Origin: Malacoraja senta
Taxonomy: Eukaryota
Assembly: GCA_038087875.1 (NCBI GenBank)
Contig: CM076001.1
Location: forward strand, 374,001 to 438,000
Reading direction: 5' to 3'
Length of the DNA stretch: 64,000 nucleotides
Shown: positions 27,048 through 39,724 of the stretch, in pieces
Numbering within the stretch: the stretch's first letter is position 1
How the letters are laid out: each line of letters opens with the position of its first letter
Position numbers and translations under genes: made by a program
Notes under the pieces: model-generated
The model's database searches: none
The model's input: only the letters and a program-made list of their open reading frames with translations
What the model was told of the DNA's origin: nothing

Positions 27048-28400
27048 GGTCATACCACACGGAAACAGGCTCTTCAGCCCAACTTGCCCATGCTGACCAA
27101 CATGCCTCACATGCTCCACTTGCCCACATTTGGCCCATATCCTTCTAAATATTTCCATGTACCTGTCCAAATGTTTTTTCAATGTTGCAAGAGTATCTGC
27201 CTCAACTACCTCTTCTGGCAGCTCATTCCACATTCCCAATACCATCTGCGTGAAAAATTTGCTCCTCAGATTCCTATTAAATCTTTCCACTCTCACCTTA
27301 AACCTGCTGCTCCTTGATTCCCCTACTCTGGATAAAAGACTCTGTACATTGATTCTATATATTCTCCTCATGATCTTGTCCTGTCATGAATCTCCTGCCT
27401 GTTTGCTTAACTAAAGAGATTCCTAGCACTATAACCCCCCGCCTGACATTACTCTTCCCTGCTGTGCCTCAGAGCTAGGCCCAGTGCCACAATCCTGCCT
27501 GCTACTGCTGCTCACCCTGATGGGCCATCCCCCATAACTGCACCTGTAATGAAGGGGAATGGCCACAGGGGTCACCTGCACACTCTGCCCACTCCCCTTC
27601 CCAGTGGTCACCCACCTACTCTCTTCTTGGACCTTAAGGGGCTGTCCCACTTGGGCGACCTAATCCGCGAGTTCTGGCGAGTTTGCCCTCGACTCATACT
27701 CGCGGCATGGTCGACACGAGATCGTAGGAGGTCTTTGTAACTCTCCTTCATGCTCGAGAGTAGTCCCCATGTACTCGAGGCCTCAGCTAGGTCTCGGCGT
27801 ATTTTTCAACATGCTAAAAAATGCCCGCGAGTAAAAAAAGGTCGCCATGGAAAAAATGGATACTTTTTTTACTCGTAGGTTTATTTGTAGTAGGTCGTAG
27901 TAGGTCGGCATGTTAGTCGCAGGTAATCGAGGGTAGTCAAAGGTAGTCGAAGGTAGTTGTAGATAGTCTTCATCATAGTCGAAGGGAGGTCGAAGGAGGT
28001 CGTCTTCACTCTCCACTATTCCGTGTCCAATTTTCCCGAAGTTAGTCGTAGCTAGTCGTAGCTAGTCGAAGCTGGTCTTAAACATAGTCGAAGGAGGTCG
28101 AAGGAGGTCTTCTACATAGTCGAAGGAGGTCTTCAACATGACATTTTTCCAAACTCTCCTAAACTCATCTAAACTCACCAATTAGGTCGCCCAATTGGGA
28201 CAGCCCCTTTAGTCATGACCAACTCGCTATAAGTCTTATCCAACAAGCTCTTAGTCTCCCCAATGACCCTGAGGTTATCCAGCTGCAGTTCCAGTTCCCC
28301 AATGCAGGCTAGAAGGAGTGGCACATGGACACCATTCCCACAAGTGGAGTCATCAGTCTGCTCTTTCCCTGACTTCCCACATCCTGCAGGAGCAAAATTG
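27048..28400 (-). mobile_element. Heavily deleted CR1 (3' end joined to ORF1 remnant), split by the Harbinger MITE
   Basis: WNELPEEVVEA at 27033-27371; 27430-27625 resembles the ORF1 remnant at 18830-19030. Confidence 0.7.
27637..28208. mobile_element. PIF/Harbinger-type MITE with internal GTCGAAG/GTCGTAG short repeats
   Basis: TIR AGGGGCTGTCCCACTTGGGCGACCTAAT / ATTAGGTCGCCCAATTGGGACAGCCCCT; TTA TSD at 27634-27636 and 28209-28211. Confidence 0.9.
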
Positions 28401-28574
28401 TACTATTCTACCTGTCATCCCCACTACATTAAAACCATGAGAGAAAAAAACACAACTATCACACACAATAAATATAGACTGCACCTCTTCCTCCTGTCCC
28501 CCTCTGTCTTTGCCTTTAGGTTCCTCGCCAAACACTCTTGAACCAAAGCCTCACACTTCCCCTCTACGTCGATA

Positions 28575-28860
28575 CAGTGGAGCAGTGGTAGAGCTGCTGC
28601 CTCAGAGCACTGGAGGCCCTGGTTCGATCCTGATTATGGGTGCTATCTGTGCAGTGTTTGCACATTCTCCCTGTAACCAAGTGGGTTTTCTCCAGGTGCT
28701 CTGGATCTTCCCAAGTTTCAAAGATGTGTGGGCTTGTAGGTTAATTAACCTCTGTAAATTGCGAAAGAGGGATAACATAGAACTAGTGTAAGGGCGATGG
28801 GTGACATGAACTGGGTGGGCCGAAGGGCCTGTTTCTACACTGTATCTCTAAATGAATCTA
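28575..28860 (+). mobile_element. HE1/V-SINE-like SINE
   Basis: Head, core and tail. A further degenerate copy lies at ~30150-30385. Confidence 0.8.
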
Positions 28861-29464
28861 AATACAGTCTCTCTCCCAACATGGCCGCTCCCATTGGGCC
28901 TCTCCGCTCAGGGCCGGATTTAGATGAAGAGAGGCCCTAGGCTGTTCCACTTGTGAGGCCCCTACCAATCCCCCACCACCATGACTACAGGAAGATGGTC
29001 CACCAGATTGACACCGATTTGCAGCCGAGTGTGGCCAATGAGATAAGGGACTGGAAAGCTGCGTTTTTTATTCATTTATTTATTGCCAGTGCTAGTGTCG
29101 AGTTATCGGCTTAATTTTCTTTGTTGTCAGCCGGGCAACCTTGGCAGCTTTTTAAGTTGCCAAATGACAGTTTAGGTGGTCATTTAAGACGGCTTGCATG
29201 ACGCGTGCGATAATATGCTCGGACGAAGTTCGTAGTTACCAGTCAGAATTATGCTCAATGAAGCATTCACATATTATTTCTCCTTCAAATGAAGTCACAA
29301 ACTAAACATATTCACCAATCCAGACATGATATATACCACAATGACATGCAGCAAAATTATAATACAGTATCTCAACTCTTTTTACACATTGCAATGAATG
29401 CAATTTCTATTATTTCTTTCCACTTCCAAACAAAAATGTGGTTGGATTATTCAGCGTATGATCA

Positions 29465-29990
29465 ACCTCGGTGAGACCAAGCGCAGGCTTGGCGATCGCT
29501 TCGCACAACACCTCCACTCAGTACGCAATAACCAACCTGATCTCCCGGTGGCACAACACTTCAACTCCCCTTCCCATTCTGAATCCAACCTTTCTGTCCT
29601 GGGCCTCCTCCATGGCCAGAGTGAGGCCCACCGCATATTGGAGGAGCAGCACCTCATATTTTCTTGGGATCCCACCACTGGCCACATCTTCCCATCTCCT
29701 CCCCTGTTGGCTTTCCGCAGAGACCGCTCCCTCCGTAACCTCCTGGTCAAATTGTCCCTTCCCACCCAAACCACCCCCTCTCCTGCCACTTTCCCTTGCA
29801 ACTGCAGGAAATGCAACATTTGTTGCTTTACCTCCCCCCTTGACTCCATTCAAGGACCCAAGTAGTCTTTCCAGGTGCGGCAGAGGTTCACCTGCACCTC
29901 CTCCAACCTCATCTGTTGCTTTCACTGCTCTAGGTGTCAGCTGCTCTACATCGGTGAGACCAAGCGTAGGCTTGGCAATCGCTTCCCCCA
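29465..29990 (+). mobile_element. Penelope-like GIY-YIG fragments, rearranged tandem
   Basis: GETKRRLGDRFAQH, VAQHFNSPSHS and RFTCTSSNLICC..CSRCQLLYIGETKRRLG. The motif occurs twice in permuted order. Confidence 0.88.
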
Positions 29991-30551
29991 AATGTACTGC
30001 CACATAGTCTTGAACTTAATTAAAACATACAGTAGCTGTAAAGGGGGACAAAGCGTCACTTGGAGATTTAAGACTGAAAATGGATATTTTCATTTTGTTA
30101 GTAACCAAAGTTATCAACGTATAATTGTTTGTATGTTGGAAAACAATATATAGCGGCACAGCTGGTAGACTTGCTGCCTCAAATGCCAGAGATCTGTGTT
30201 CGATCATGTCCTCGGGCACTGTCTGTGTTGAATTTACCCATTCTCCCTGCAAGCATGTGGGTTTCCTCCCACATCCCAAAGTCGCATTGGTCTTGTAGGT
30301 TAACTTGTCTCTGTAAAATTGCCCCTAATGTGTAGGGAGTGGGTGAGGAAAGTGGGATAACAGAACTTGTGTGAATGGGTAGACAATAATCCTGGAGAAT
30401 CTTACACCTTACCTTCGTTTTATTAGTGGCTTAATTGGACAATTTTGATGCTGCAACAACCCGACTCGGTTTCAAATTCTCTGCTCTCCGACACTCAAAT
30501 TCTCTCCGACACTCAAATTGACTGGCTCAAGCAATGCACTTTGAAACAAAG

Positions 30552-30581
30552 TTTATTAAACTGTTCTTTCAGCACTTTATT
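30552..30581 (-). terminator. Two AATAAA polyadenylation signals downstream of the last myosin exon
   Basis: Plus-strand TTTATT at 30552-30557 and 30576-30581, about 310-340 nt beyond the read-through TAA. An ATTAAA also lies at 30795-30800. Confidence 0.4.
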
Positions 30582-30894
30582 TATCCCACTCTCATAAAAT
30601 GAGCATTAACTGCTGTTAGCTTGGTTATTTATCCACAACAATGTTATTGGTGCACGCTCCATACTAAATGAAAGCTCCCAAGAGAAAAATGCAGTTACAG
30701 AAAATGAGGGAAGTCGAAGGAAGAGATAGACAATTTTGAAATAATTTTCTTACCAACGAGGTTCCCCGTGGATGACAAGGGTTCTCAAGATGCATTTAAT
30801 TCATTGTTTCATTATTATGTTTTATCATCAGAGACCACAATATCTGCCCCTGAGCTCATTTCAGGGCACACTGGTAACAAAACACATTGCTTAC

Positions 30895-31091
30895 TTAGAT
30901 TCTTCAAGCTCATCAGTTCTCTGGATGGCGTCCGTTTCGTAGCGTGTCCGCCAGTGGGTGACCTCACTGTTCAGTTTGGAGATGAGTCGCTGCAGTTCAG
31001 ATTTACTCTCCTGCTCCTCCTCAACCTGCTCCTTCAGCACCTCATTGTCATGCTTGGCACTTGCTAGGCTTATCGTCATCGTGCTCTTCAA
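30895..31091 (-). CDS. MYH16: Myosin rod exon (MYH16-like), 197 nt, [15 protein letters not shown]...[19 protein letters not shown](K); last recognisable exon
   Basis: tctttttctttcag|TTG...TCT AA|gtaagc. Contains the [18 protein letters not shown] motif; [12 protein letters not shown] resembles MYH16 rather than the MYH7 KAELQRVLSKAN. Read-through of the donor gives AAG TAA (stop at 30891-30893). Confidence 0.93.
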
Positions 31092-31689
31092 CTGAAAGAA
31101 AAAGATCCAATGCTCAGACACAGAGAACCTGCATTATATTTTTTGCCTTTACTACTCGCAGAGGATGTCAAGTGTCTAGAATTCTCTACCACAGCGGCTG
31201 GTGAAGGTAGGATCGTTTGGGGGCATATGGAAGTAGATCCATTTTCAGAAGATTGATTTGGGAAAATTTTCAAAAAATGAGGATCATGCAATGATCATAC
31301 TAAAAGGTGCAGCAGGTTCGATGGGCGAATGGCCTTTACCTGCTTCTTTTTAATTAATGTTCCAATGTTCGTAGTCTTAGGTCATTTTGTTTTACAATTA
31401 CAATCTCTTAGGTGTAGCCATTGAGGGTAATACATATTTATAGTAAGGATGTTTCAGTAACAATTTAAGCAACACTACAATAAGCTTTGTGTAACAGCAA
31501 CAAATATAACTGCTGGAACTAAAATGATTTATTCTCAGATTTAGAGACAGCTGGTGGAACAACACTCCGTAAATAGATAGAAAGCTTGGAACAGATTGAG
31601 GGCAAGTGTCTGCCACCTGGACTGGTGGTTGGAGGTCGTATGGTCCCTGATTTATCCATATGCTCGGGTTCAGCAACACTTTTGTTGGG

Positions 31690-33880
31690 TGGCACGATGG
31701 CACAGCGGTACAGTTGCAGCCGTACAGCACTTGCAGCGCAAGCGACCCGGGTTCCATCCCCACTTTGTACGTTCTCCCCATGGCCGAGTGGGTTTTCTCC
31801 GAGATCTTCAGTTTTCTCCCACACTCCAAAGACATACAGGCTTGTAGGTAAATTGGCTTGGTATATGTGTAAATTGTCCTTAGTGTGTGTAGGATGGTGT
31901 TAATGAGCGGAGATCGCAGGTCTGTGCTGACACGGTGGGCAGAAGGGCCTGTTTTTGCGCTGTATCTCTAAACTAAACTAAACTTTTGCAATTTCCATCC
32001 TTCATGTTGCAATCATCGCCTTATTACAACTCTTACCTCCAACCTGTGAAGCTGCTGTGTAAAACACAATCAGATGTAACCCCCTGAGTTGTGGGAATCA
32101 TGACGGATATCTTTGGATCATCTTTGGATCCCTTCATCAGATTGAATGGAAACCAGTTAATGCAAAGACATACTTAGCTGGCACCTCATATTTCGCTTGG
32201 GCAGCTTTCACCTCAGAGGTATGAATATGACTTCTCTAACTTTAAGTAACCATTGCTTTCCCTCTCTCTCCATCCCTCCCAGTTCTCCAACCAGTCTGAC
32301 TGTCCCCATTTACATTTTTTCACTGTTTGCTTTGTTGTCAACTTCTCCCTGCTAAAAATGACCATTCTACATTTTCCTTGAACTGCATTTCTTTTGATGT
32401 CTCGTTTTCACACCTTACCATTCCTTATCCCTGTGTCTCCCTTTCCCCTGCTTCTCAGTCTGAAGAAGGGTCTCAACCCTTCCTTCCATCACCCATTCCT
32501 TCTCTCCAGAGATGCTGCCAGTCCCGCTGTTACTCCAGCATTTTGAGTATCTTCGGTGTAAACCAGCATCTGCAGTTCCTTCCTACACATTTAGCTTCAT
32601 GTTGTTGCAGTGAACAATGCCAGGAAACCCAGATATTGGTCCTCTGGATTCTGGAGAGCACATTGAACATTTAACACACACATTCCCCCTTCATGTTCCA
32701 TCCATTAAAATTAACAATGGAAAACAATGGTGGGGAGGGGGATAGGCTGTCCCCACTTCTAACATGCAACATCACGGTGGCGCAACGGTAGAGTTGCAGC
32801 CTTACAGCAAATGCAGCGCCGGAGACCCGGGTTCGATCCCGACTATGGGTGCTATCTGTACAGAGTTTGTACGTTCTCCCCGTGACCTGCGTGGGCTTTT
32901 CTCTGAGATCTTCGGTTTCCTCCCACACTCCAAAGACATACAGGTTTGCAGGTTAATTGGCTAGGTAAATGTAAAAATTGCCCCTAGTGGGTGTAGGATA
33001 GTGTTAATGTGCGGGGATCGCTGGTCGGCGCGGACCCGGTGGGCCAAAGGGCCTGTTTACGTGTTGTATCACTAAACTAAACTAAACCAGACTGCTAAAG
33101 AATAGCGTTTCTCCAAGCTGTTTGAAATTTGTTAGCTGGAAACAACATTATTCATACGTTTCCTTCCAGTCATTAATCATACTGTATAAACTTGGCACCC
33201 ACTTTCTGAATCTAAAATGCATCTAAATGATTTTTAATCTAACAGCACAAGGATCAGCGCCCGAGTTACGCAGGCATCTGGCTGCTGTTGCATTGTTTTT
33301 AACGTGATTCACCCAAAATGAGTGTAAAAGAGCATTAACACGTCTGGCAATAAAAGCGAGGCCCGAAATAAAGAATCTGCTCAGAGACACAAAAAACTGC
33401 AGCAACTGGAATCCTAAGCAATAAACTAACTGCTGCAGGTACACAGCAAATCAGGCAGCATTTGTGGAGGGAAATGGGCAGACAGTATCTCATGTTCAGA
33501 CATGCTTCAGACTGACAGATAACATACGGGTTGAGACCCTTCAGACATCTGTCCATTTCCCTTCACAGAGGGTGGCACGATGGCGCAGCTGCTACCTCAC
33601 AACACCAGAGCCCCGAGTTCGATCCTGACTATGGGTGCTGCCTGTGTGGCGTTTGTATGTTCTCCCTGTGACCACAAGGGTTTTCTCCGGGTGCTCCGGT
33701 TTCCTCCCACATTCCAAAGATGTGCAGGTTTGTAGGTTAATCAGCTTCTGTAAAATGTCCCTATTGTGTAGGATGCAAAAGTGGGCTAACATGGATGATC
33801 TAGTGTGCGGGGTGATCAGTGGTCTGCATGGACTAGGTTGGCCGAAAGGCCTGTTTCCATGCTGTATCTCTGAACTAAAC
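31690..33880 (+). mobile_element. Three HE1/V-SINE-like SINEs (~31690-31985, ~32772-33087, ~33571-33880) with Penelope 3' pieces between them
   Basis: Each has a GGCACG(A/G)TGGC-type head, B box, core and (CTAAA)n tail. Confidence 0.85.
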
Positions 33881-34250
33881 CATAAGATGCTGCCTGACCC
33901 ACAGTGTTCCTCCAGCAGTTTTTTGAAAGGGCGTCTGCTCACCTTCACAAAGCACCTTCAGCCGATTAAAAAGATCCTTGTTAACTGCCCACGTTATCTT
34001 GGAGTCACAACAGACACAACCCTGTTTTTCCTCTGGCATCTCTCACTTGGCACTCAGGATGTGTCCCAGGAAGGAGAATGTTGATGGAAGACAAGATGCT
34101 AGTGCTGGATGACCAGTTGTATAGTTGCAGCTGCTCGGCGCTGATATCAGGACCAACCCCTGGCTGGTACGTGTATGCAGGCCATGCATAGACCACCTGT
34201 ACCACTAGCTCCACATGTGAACAAACTACCTGCATCTGACCATTTCCCTC

Positions 34251-34500
34251 ACTTAAATATCTTAATTGTTAATTTAGCAATCAACCTTGCAATTATAAGC
34301 TTCCCACTGTTCCATTGCCTACCCAGAGCATAGATGCATATATATTTTAAGTTAATCAACAACTGAAATAAAGGTTTCTATCTGAGATGAAATTAATAAT
34401 AAAAAGCTCTCCAAAACAGAAACATATTAACAGCGAAACAGCCATTTCACCTACTGAGTGCCTCTGGCTTTTTGCAGTACTGTCTAGTCAGTAACATTTA
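34251..34500 (+). repeat. Copy B of the diverged non-coding duplication
   Basis: Same blocks and same orientation as copy A. Confidence 0.85.
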
Positions 34501-35481
34501 GTGTCATACACTCATACAGTGTGGAAACAGGCCCTTTGGCCCAATTTGCCCACACCGGCAAATATCTCCCACCTACACTAGTCCCACTATGCCCGAACTA
34601 TGCTAGTCCCACCTGCCCGCATTTGGCGCGTATCGCTCTCAATCTTTCCTATCCATGTACCTGCCTAAATCTGTCCTAATCACAGGATACGATTAAAGTC
34701 CATTACTTGTCAACAGAAGCCTTGAAATGGCTCTGACTGGGAGAGGAAGGGGTAAACCTCTCATGCTACTAAGTCTGGGCAATCAATTGCAATGCTATGG
34801 CATAAAATCAAAGCATATTTGCTCTTAACCCTATAGCACCAGGAAATTACAATATAATGAATAAGCTGCATGGAGACACAACACTGAATGTGTCATCTCA
34901 CCTGGTCAGCATCTGATATCATGCAGGTTCCATTGACTCACAATTATGACATATGTCAAAACACACAGAACATGAGATTAGAACTCTTGATATACACAAA
35001 AAGCTGGAATAACTCAGCGGGACAGGCAGTATCTCTGGAGAGAGTGTGACGTTTCGGTCTAAAGAAGGGCCACGACCCAAAATGTCAACCATTCCTTCTC
35101 CAGAGATGCTGCCTGTCCCGCTGAGTTACTCCAGCATTTTGTGTTTATCTTCCGTTTAAACTAGCATCTGCAGTTTCATCCTACACATTAGAACATTTGA
35201 AAGTAGTTGCAGATGGTTTTGACATAAATCATTTTGAATGCTTTGAACTGTATGTAAAAGTGAAATTTAGTGATATTAAGCAGCAATAACCTTCACTCAG
35301 GCAGGTCACAATCTGCTTTAATAAAAAAGTCATATCACATTAAATGATCTGACCTCTCTATGTATCAATTCACATGCCTGGGTAGAGTAGAAAAATACAG
35401 GAATCACAGTTTTTACTGATTGGATCAAGAGATATTAAGATAATCAATAAGTCTATTCATTATTCCCAATCCATTAATTAC

Positions 35482-35609
35482 CTTTGATTCTTCATCAATC
35501 TGCCTTTTCAATTCTTCAACCTGTGACGTCAGGATCATCTTTAACCTGTTCAATTGACCTATTTTGTTCTCCGCCTCTTCCAGCTGGTGAGTCAAGTCGT
35601 TATTTTCAG
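35482..35609 (-). CDS. MYH16: Myosin rod exon (MYH16-like), 128 nt, (A)ENNDLTHQLEEAENKIGQLNRLKMILTSQVEELKRQIDEESK
   Basis: tttattgtttcag|CT GAA...AAG|gtaatt, phase 1/0, matching the preceding phase-1 donor. Confidence 0.92.
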
Positions 35610-35644
35610 CTGAAACAATAAATATTGAATGAATGAATGAAAGA

Positions 35645-36083
35645 ATGGAAGCAGGCTCTTCGGCCCATCGAGTACACGAGTTAAAGAAGGAACTGCAGAT
35701 GCTGGAAAATCGAAGGTACACAAAAATGCTGGAGAAACTCAGCGGGTGCAGCAGCATCTATGGAGCGAAGGAAATAGGCAACGTTTCGGGCCGAAACCCT
35801 TCTTCAGAGTACACGCTGAACATCGGTCACCCGCTCACACTAGTCCTATGTTATCCCACCTTGGTCCACTCCATACACATAAGGAGCAATTTTACAGAGG
35901 CCAATTAACCTATAAACTACATCCTTGGGGTGTCGGAGGAAACCGGAATACTTGGAGGAAACATGGTCGCAGGGAGAACATGCAAACTCCACACAGTCAG
36001 CACCAGATGTCAGGATCGAACCTGGGTCTCTGCCATTTTGAAACAATAGCTCTACCTAGCTCTACCAGCTGTGCCACTGTGCC
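35645..36083 (-). mobile_element. SINE interrupted by a Penelope-derived mini-insert (35679-35806)
   Basis: GAGTACACG duplicated at 35670-35678 and 35807-35815. Confidence 0.8.
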
Positions 36084-36299
36084 GTCTATTTCATAATACC
36101 CAAATCATAATCAAAATAATGTGAATTTAGCCATACACTTCCCCTGGTATTTTCAGGACTTTGGTTACCTTTACTACTCCAATTCCCTCAATTTTTAAAC
36201 CTTCTCTCATGCTTCCACTTCCTTTCATTATCTTAGCTTCACACATTCTTCTGTCATTTCTATTTGCCCACTCTTTCTGTCTGAAGAGGGGCCTCGACC

Positions 36300-36985
36300 G
36301 AGGTGCAGAGTTCAGTAGTGTAACAGCCGCAGGGAAGAAGCTGTTCCTGAACCTGCTGGTTCGGCAACGGAGGGACCTGTAGCGCCTCCCGGATGGGAGG
36401 TGGGTAAACAGTCTGTGGCTGGGGTGAGAGCAGTCCATGACGATGCTGTGCGCCCTTCGCAGACATCGCTTGCTTTGGACAGACTCAATGGAGGGGAGTG
36501 AGGAATCGGTGATGCGTTGTGCGGCTTTCACCACCCTCTGCAGTGCTTTCCGGTCAGAGACAGAGCAGTTGCCATACCATACTGTGATGCAGTTGGTAAG
36601 GATGCTCTCGATGGTGCAGCGGTAGAAGTTCACCAGAATCTGAGGAGACAGATGGACCTTCTTTAGTCTACTCAGGAAGAAGAGACGCTGGTGAGCCTTC
36701 TTGACCAGTGTTGATGTATTGTGGGTCCAAGAGAGGTCATCAGAGATGTTGACCCCCAGAAACCTGAAGCTGGAAACACGTTCCACCTCCGTCCCGTTAA
36801 TGTGGATGGGGGTGTGCGTGCAGCCCCTAGACCTCCTGCAGTCCACAATGAGCTCCTTGGTTTTCTTGGAGTTAAGGGCCAGGTTGTTGTCAGCGCACCA
36901 TGCTGCTAGGAGCTGGACCTCCTCCCTATAGGCCGACTCATCGTTGTCGCTGATGAGGCCAATCACCGTTGGATCATCTGCATAC
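36300..36985 (-). mobile_element. Rex1/Babar-like LINE RT C-terminal fragment with open frame
   Basis: KYADDPTVIGLI, KTKELIVD, FRFLGVNISDDLSW and FYRCTIESILTNCITVWYG. Confidence 0.9.
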
Positions 36986-38739
36986 TTGCATACTCTCCAC
37001 CCTCTTCTCTTCATATTTTCTCCCACTAACCTCATTAAATTGAACACATACAACTATTGTTTTCAGTTCTGACAACAGGTATGTCTTGGCACATTAAATA
37101 TGTTTTTGTTCTTATGTCTGACAGTGTGTTTCCAATACAACAGAGGCAAGAACAACTGCAATGCATCACTATTATCCAGGTGGAACCCATCAAACATTGG
37201 ACATGGAACCAAGTACAACCAACATGTACATGGGTGTGATTTATAAATTATGACATAGGAACTTAAAATATTAAAATTGTTCCCCAAAGCAAAACATATC
37301 ATTGCATGCTGCTGCTGTTGTTGGGCCGGGGCTGAGTCAGTAGCAAATTTATGGCCAGGCCAAGAGAGACTGAGCCAAGAGCCAATGCCAAAAGAAACAA
37401 TACCAACTCCAATTATTTTAGGCCAGGATTTAGCAAAGGACAAGCCTAGGTGGAACTGGGCAGCAAAGCAACATAGGAAGTTGGCAAAATCCCAATGACC
37501 ATTTGGAAGTTGTTAGACTAAAATATAGATGTGAGCAATCAGATTCACATCCAATTCATCCATTCTCTCCTTACTCTTGTGAAACAAAGGGAGCACCAGA
37601 TATCGCTTCGGCAAACCAGCAAGCTTCTTCTGGTCATTGGAGATAGAGGATATAGGTTTTACTTGTGGAGACCAGTAGTGATGCCATTGTCATCTGCTGG
37701 CATCATGGAATTTTATACACAGCTGTGTTTCCTTGTCCATTGATCTGTTATGTCGATACAAAAATGAATTTGTTTATATTTGTCATGTGGAGCACAAAAG
37801 TATGGAATTCTCCTGATGGTGCTGATTCAATGAGATTATTTACATTGGAATTATTGTTATAGCCACAGGCCATTCATAGGTATATAGAGTCAGAGTCATA
37901 CAGCATGGAAACAGGCCATTCAGCCCACCAAGTCTATGGCCAGTGGGCACCCATCTGTATGAATCTCATCTCCTTGCACTTGGCTCTAGCCTTCAATACC
38001 TGGGCCATTCAAGCCTAGATATTTCCAAGATGTTGTCAACCACTTTTTCAGGCTGAGTGTTTCAGGTACTTACCACTCTCTCAGTGAAACATTTTATGTA
38101 CCAACAATTACTTAATTTCAAAAAAGGTTTCGGGTACACAAATTAAATATTTCTGCAGTAATGTTCAGTAATTTTTAGATACACCCATAGATTTAAAAAT
38201 GTGCAAGCTTTTCATAATAAATCGACTTTTGGCTGAGTGAATGAAACGGAACTTAAATGCATCAAGAAAACCTGTTAAAAGAGAAAAAATATATATTATG
38301 CTGCCAAAGAATATATTGGCTGGTAAGCACTTTATATTTTTGATCCTAAGAATGTTATTGAGACCCTGAGTTATGAGCCAAAGTAGAAACTCCACCTCAA
38401 ATTGTTAACAGGCTTAAAATGTGCACTAAGACACAAAAAGATTGTTCACACACAGGGCAGTAGGTGTATGGAACAAGCTACCAGATGAAGTGGTTGAGGC
38501 AGGTACCATAACATGATTTAAGGGATATTTGAACAGATACTTTGAAACAAAAGGTTTAGAGGGATCTGGCTCAAATGTAGGCAGAAGGGAATAAAGTAGA
38601 TGGGCATCCTGGTGAATGGACAGGTTGGGCTGAAGCGTGTTTCCATGCTGTATGCATTATGATTTACTGCCGACTTGCCCTTTGAATAGGGTCTACTCAA
38701 AGAATTGTGGCTCCACTGTAACAACCCCTTCTTCCTCAC

Positions 38740-38857
38740 CTGCCAGTCTGGTTTTGCCGAGGCTCTGTTCAGTGAGTGAGCGCTGCAAATCCTCATTTCG
38801 GGAAGTGGCTTCCAGCAGCAGGTCTTCGAGCTTTCGAATCTGTGCATCACTGGCCAT
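38740..38857 (-). CDS. MYH16: Myosin rod exon (MYH16-like), 118 nt, MASDAQIRKLEDLLLEATSRNEDLQRSLTEQSLGKTRLA
   Basis: cttctgtgtccag|ATG...GCA G|gtgagg, phase 0/1. Heptad pattern; in frame with both neighbours. Confidence 0.9.
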
Positions 38858-39724
38858 CTGGACACAGAAGGACATTACAAAGCTTTAGGGACTGCCTGGA
38901 TTCTGTGCTCCTCAGTGACCAATACACAACAAATATGATTTTTGAGAGAGCTATTAAAGAGAAAGCACTTACATTGCTAATTCTAGTGAATGTTATCACT
39001 ATGATTAAACATAGATGCACCAAAAGGAATGATCTTCCAGACATTGGTTGGGCCGCGTTTGGAGCATTAAGTGCAGTTCTGGTCACTCCATTACAGGAAG
39101 GATGTGAAGGCTTTGGCGGGCATGCAGGAAAGGTTTACCAGAATGTTGCCTGGATTTGAGGGTGCTAGTTATAAGGAGAGGTAGGGCAAACTTGGATGGT
39201 TTTCTCTGGAATTTCGAAGGTTGAGGAGAGATCAACCTTTTTGAGTATATCAAATTATAAGAGGGTAGACACGGGAGAGGGAAAAAGTTGAAAGGAAATA
39301 TGCGGAGTAAGAGGTGGGTGCTGGAAGGAGCTAGGTGGTAGAGGCAGATACGATAGTGGCGTTTACGAGGCTTTTACATTGGCACGAATTTGCAAGGAAT
39401 GGAAGGAAAAGGATCACCTGCAGGCAGGGGAGATTAGCTTAACCTGGCATCATGTTCTGCAGGATATTTTGGGTAGAAGGGCCTGACATACTTTAAAGAT
39501 CTACAGAACATAGGCACAAAAATAGGCCCTTTGGCCCACCATGTTTGTGCCAGACATGATGCCAAGACCTTCAGTTATCTACCTGCACATAACCTACACA
39601 GCATGTATCCCTCCATTCCCTGCATATATCTATCCAGAAGTCTTTTAAAAGTCACTAATGTATCTGCATCAACCACCATTCCGGGCAGTGCAATCCAGGC
39701 ACTCACCAGCCTCTGTTGAACAAC

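Noticed and set aside
32772..32845. tRNA genes (A/B boxes, GGTTCGATCC) here and at similar sites
   Set aside because: Each continues into the SINE core and tail; these are SINE heads.
36127..37053. 308-aa ORF as a host gene
   Set aside because: It is a Rex1/Babar-type RT fragment with chance flanking extension.
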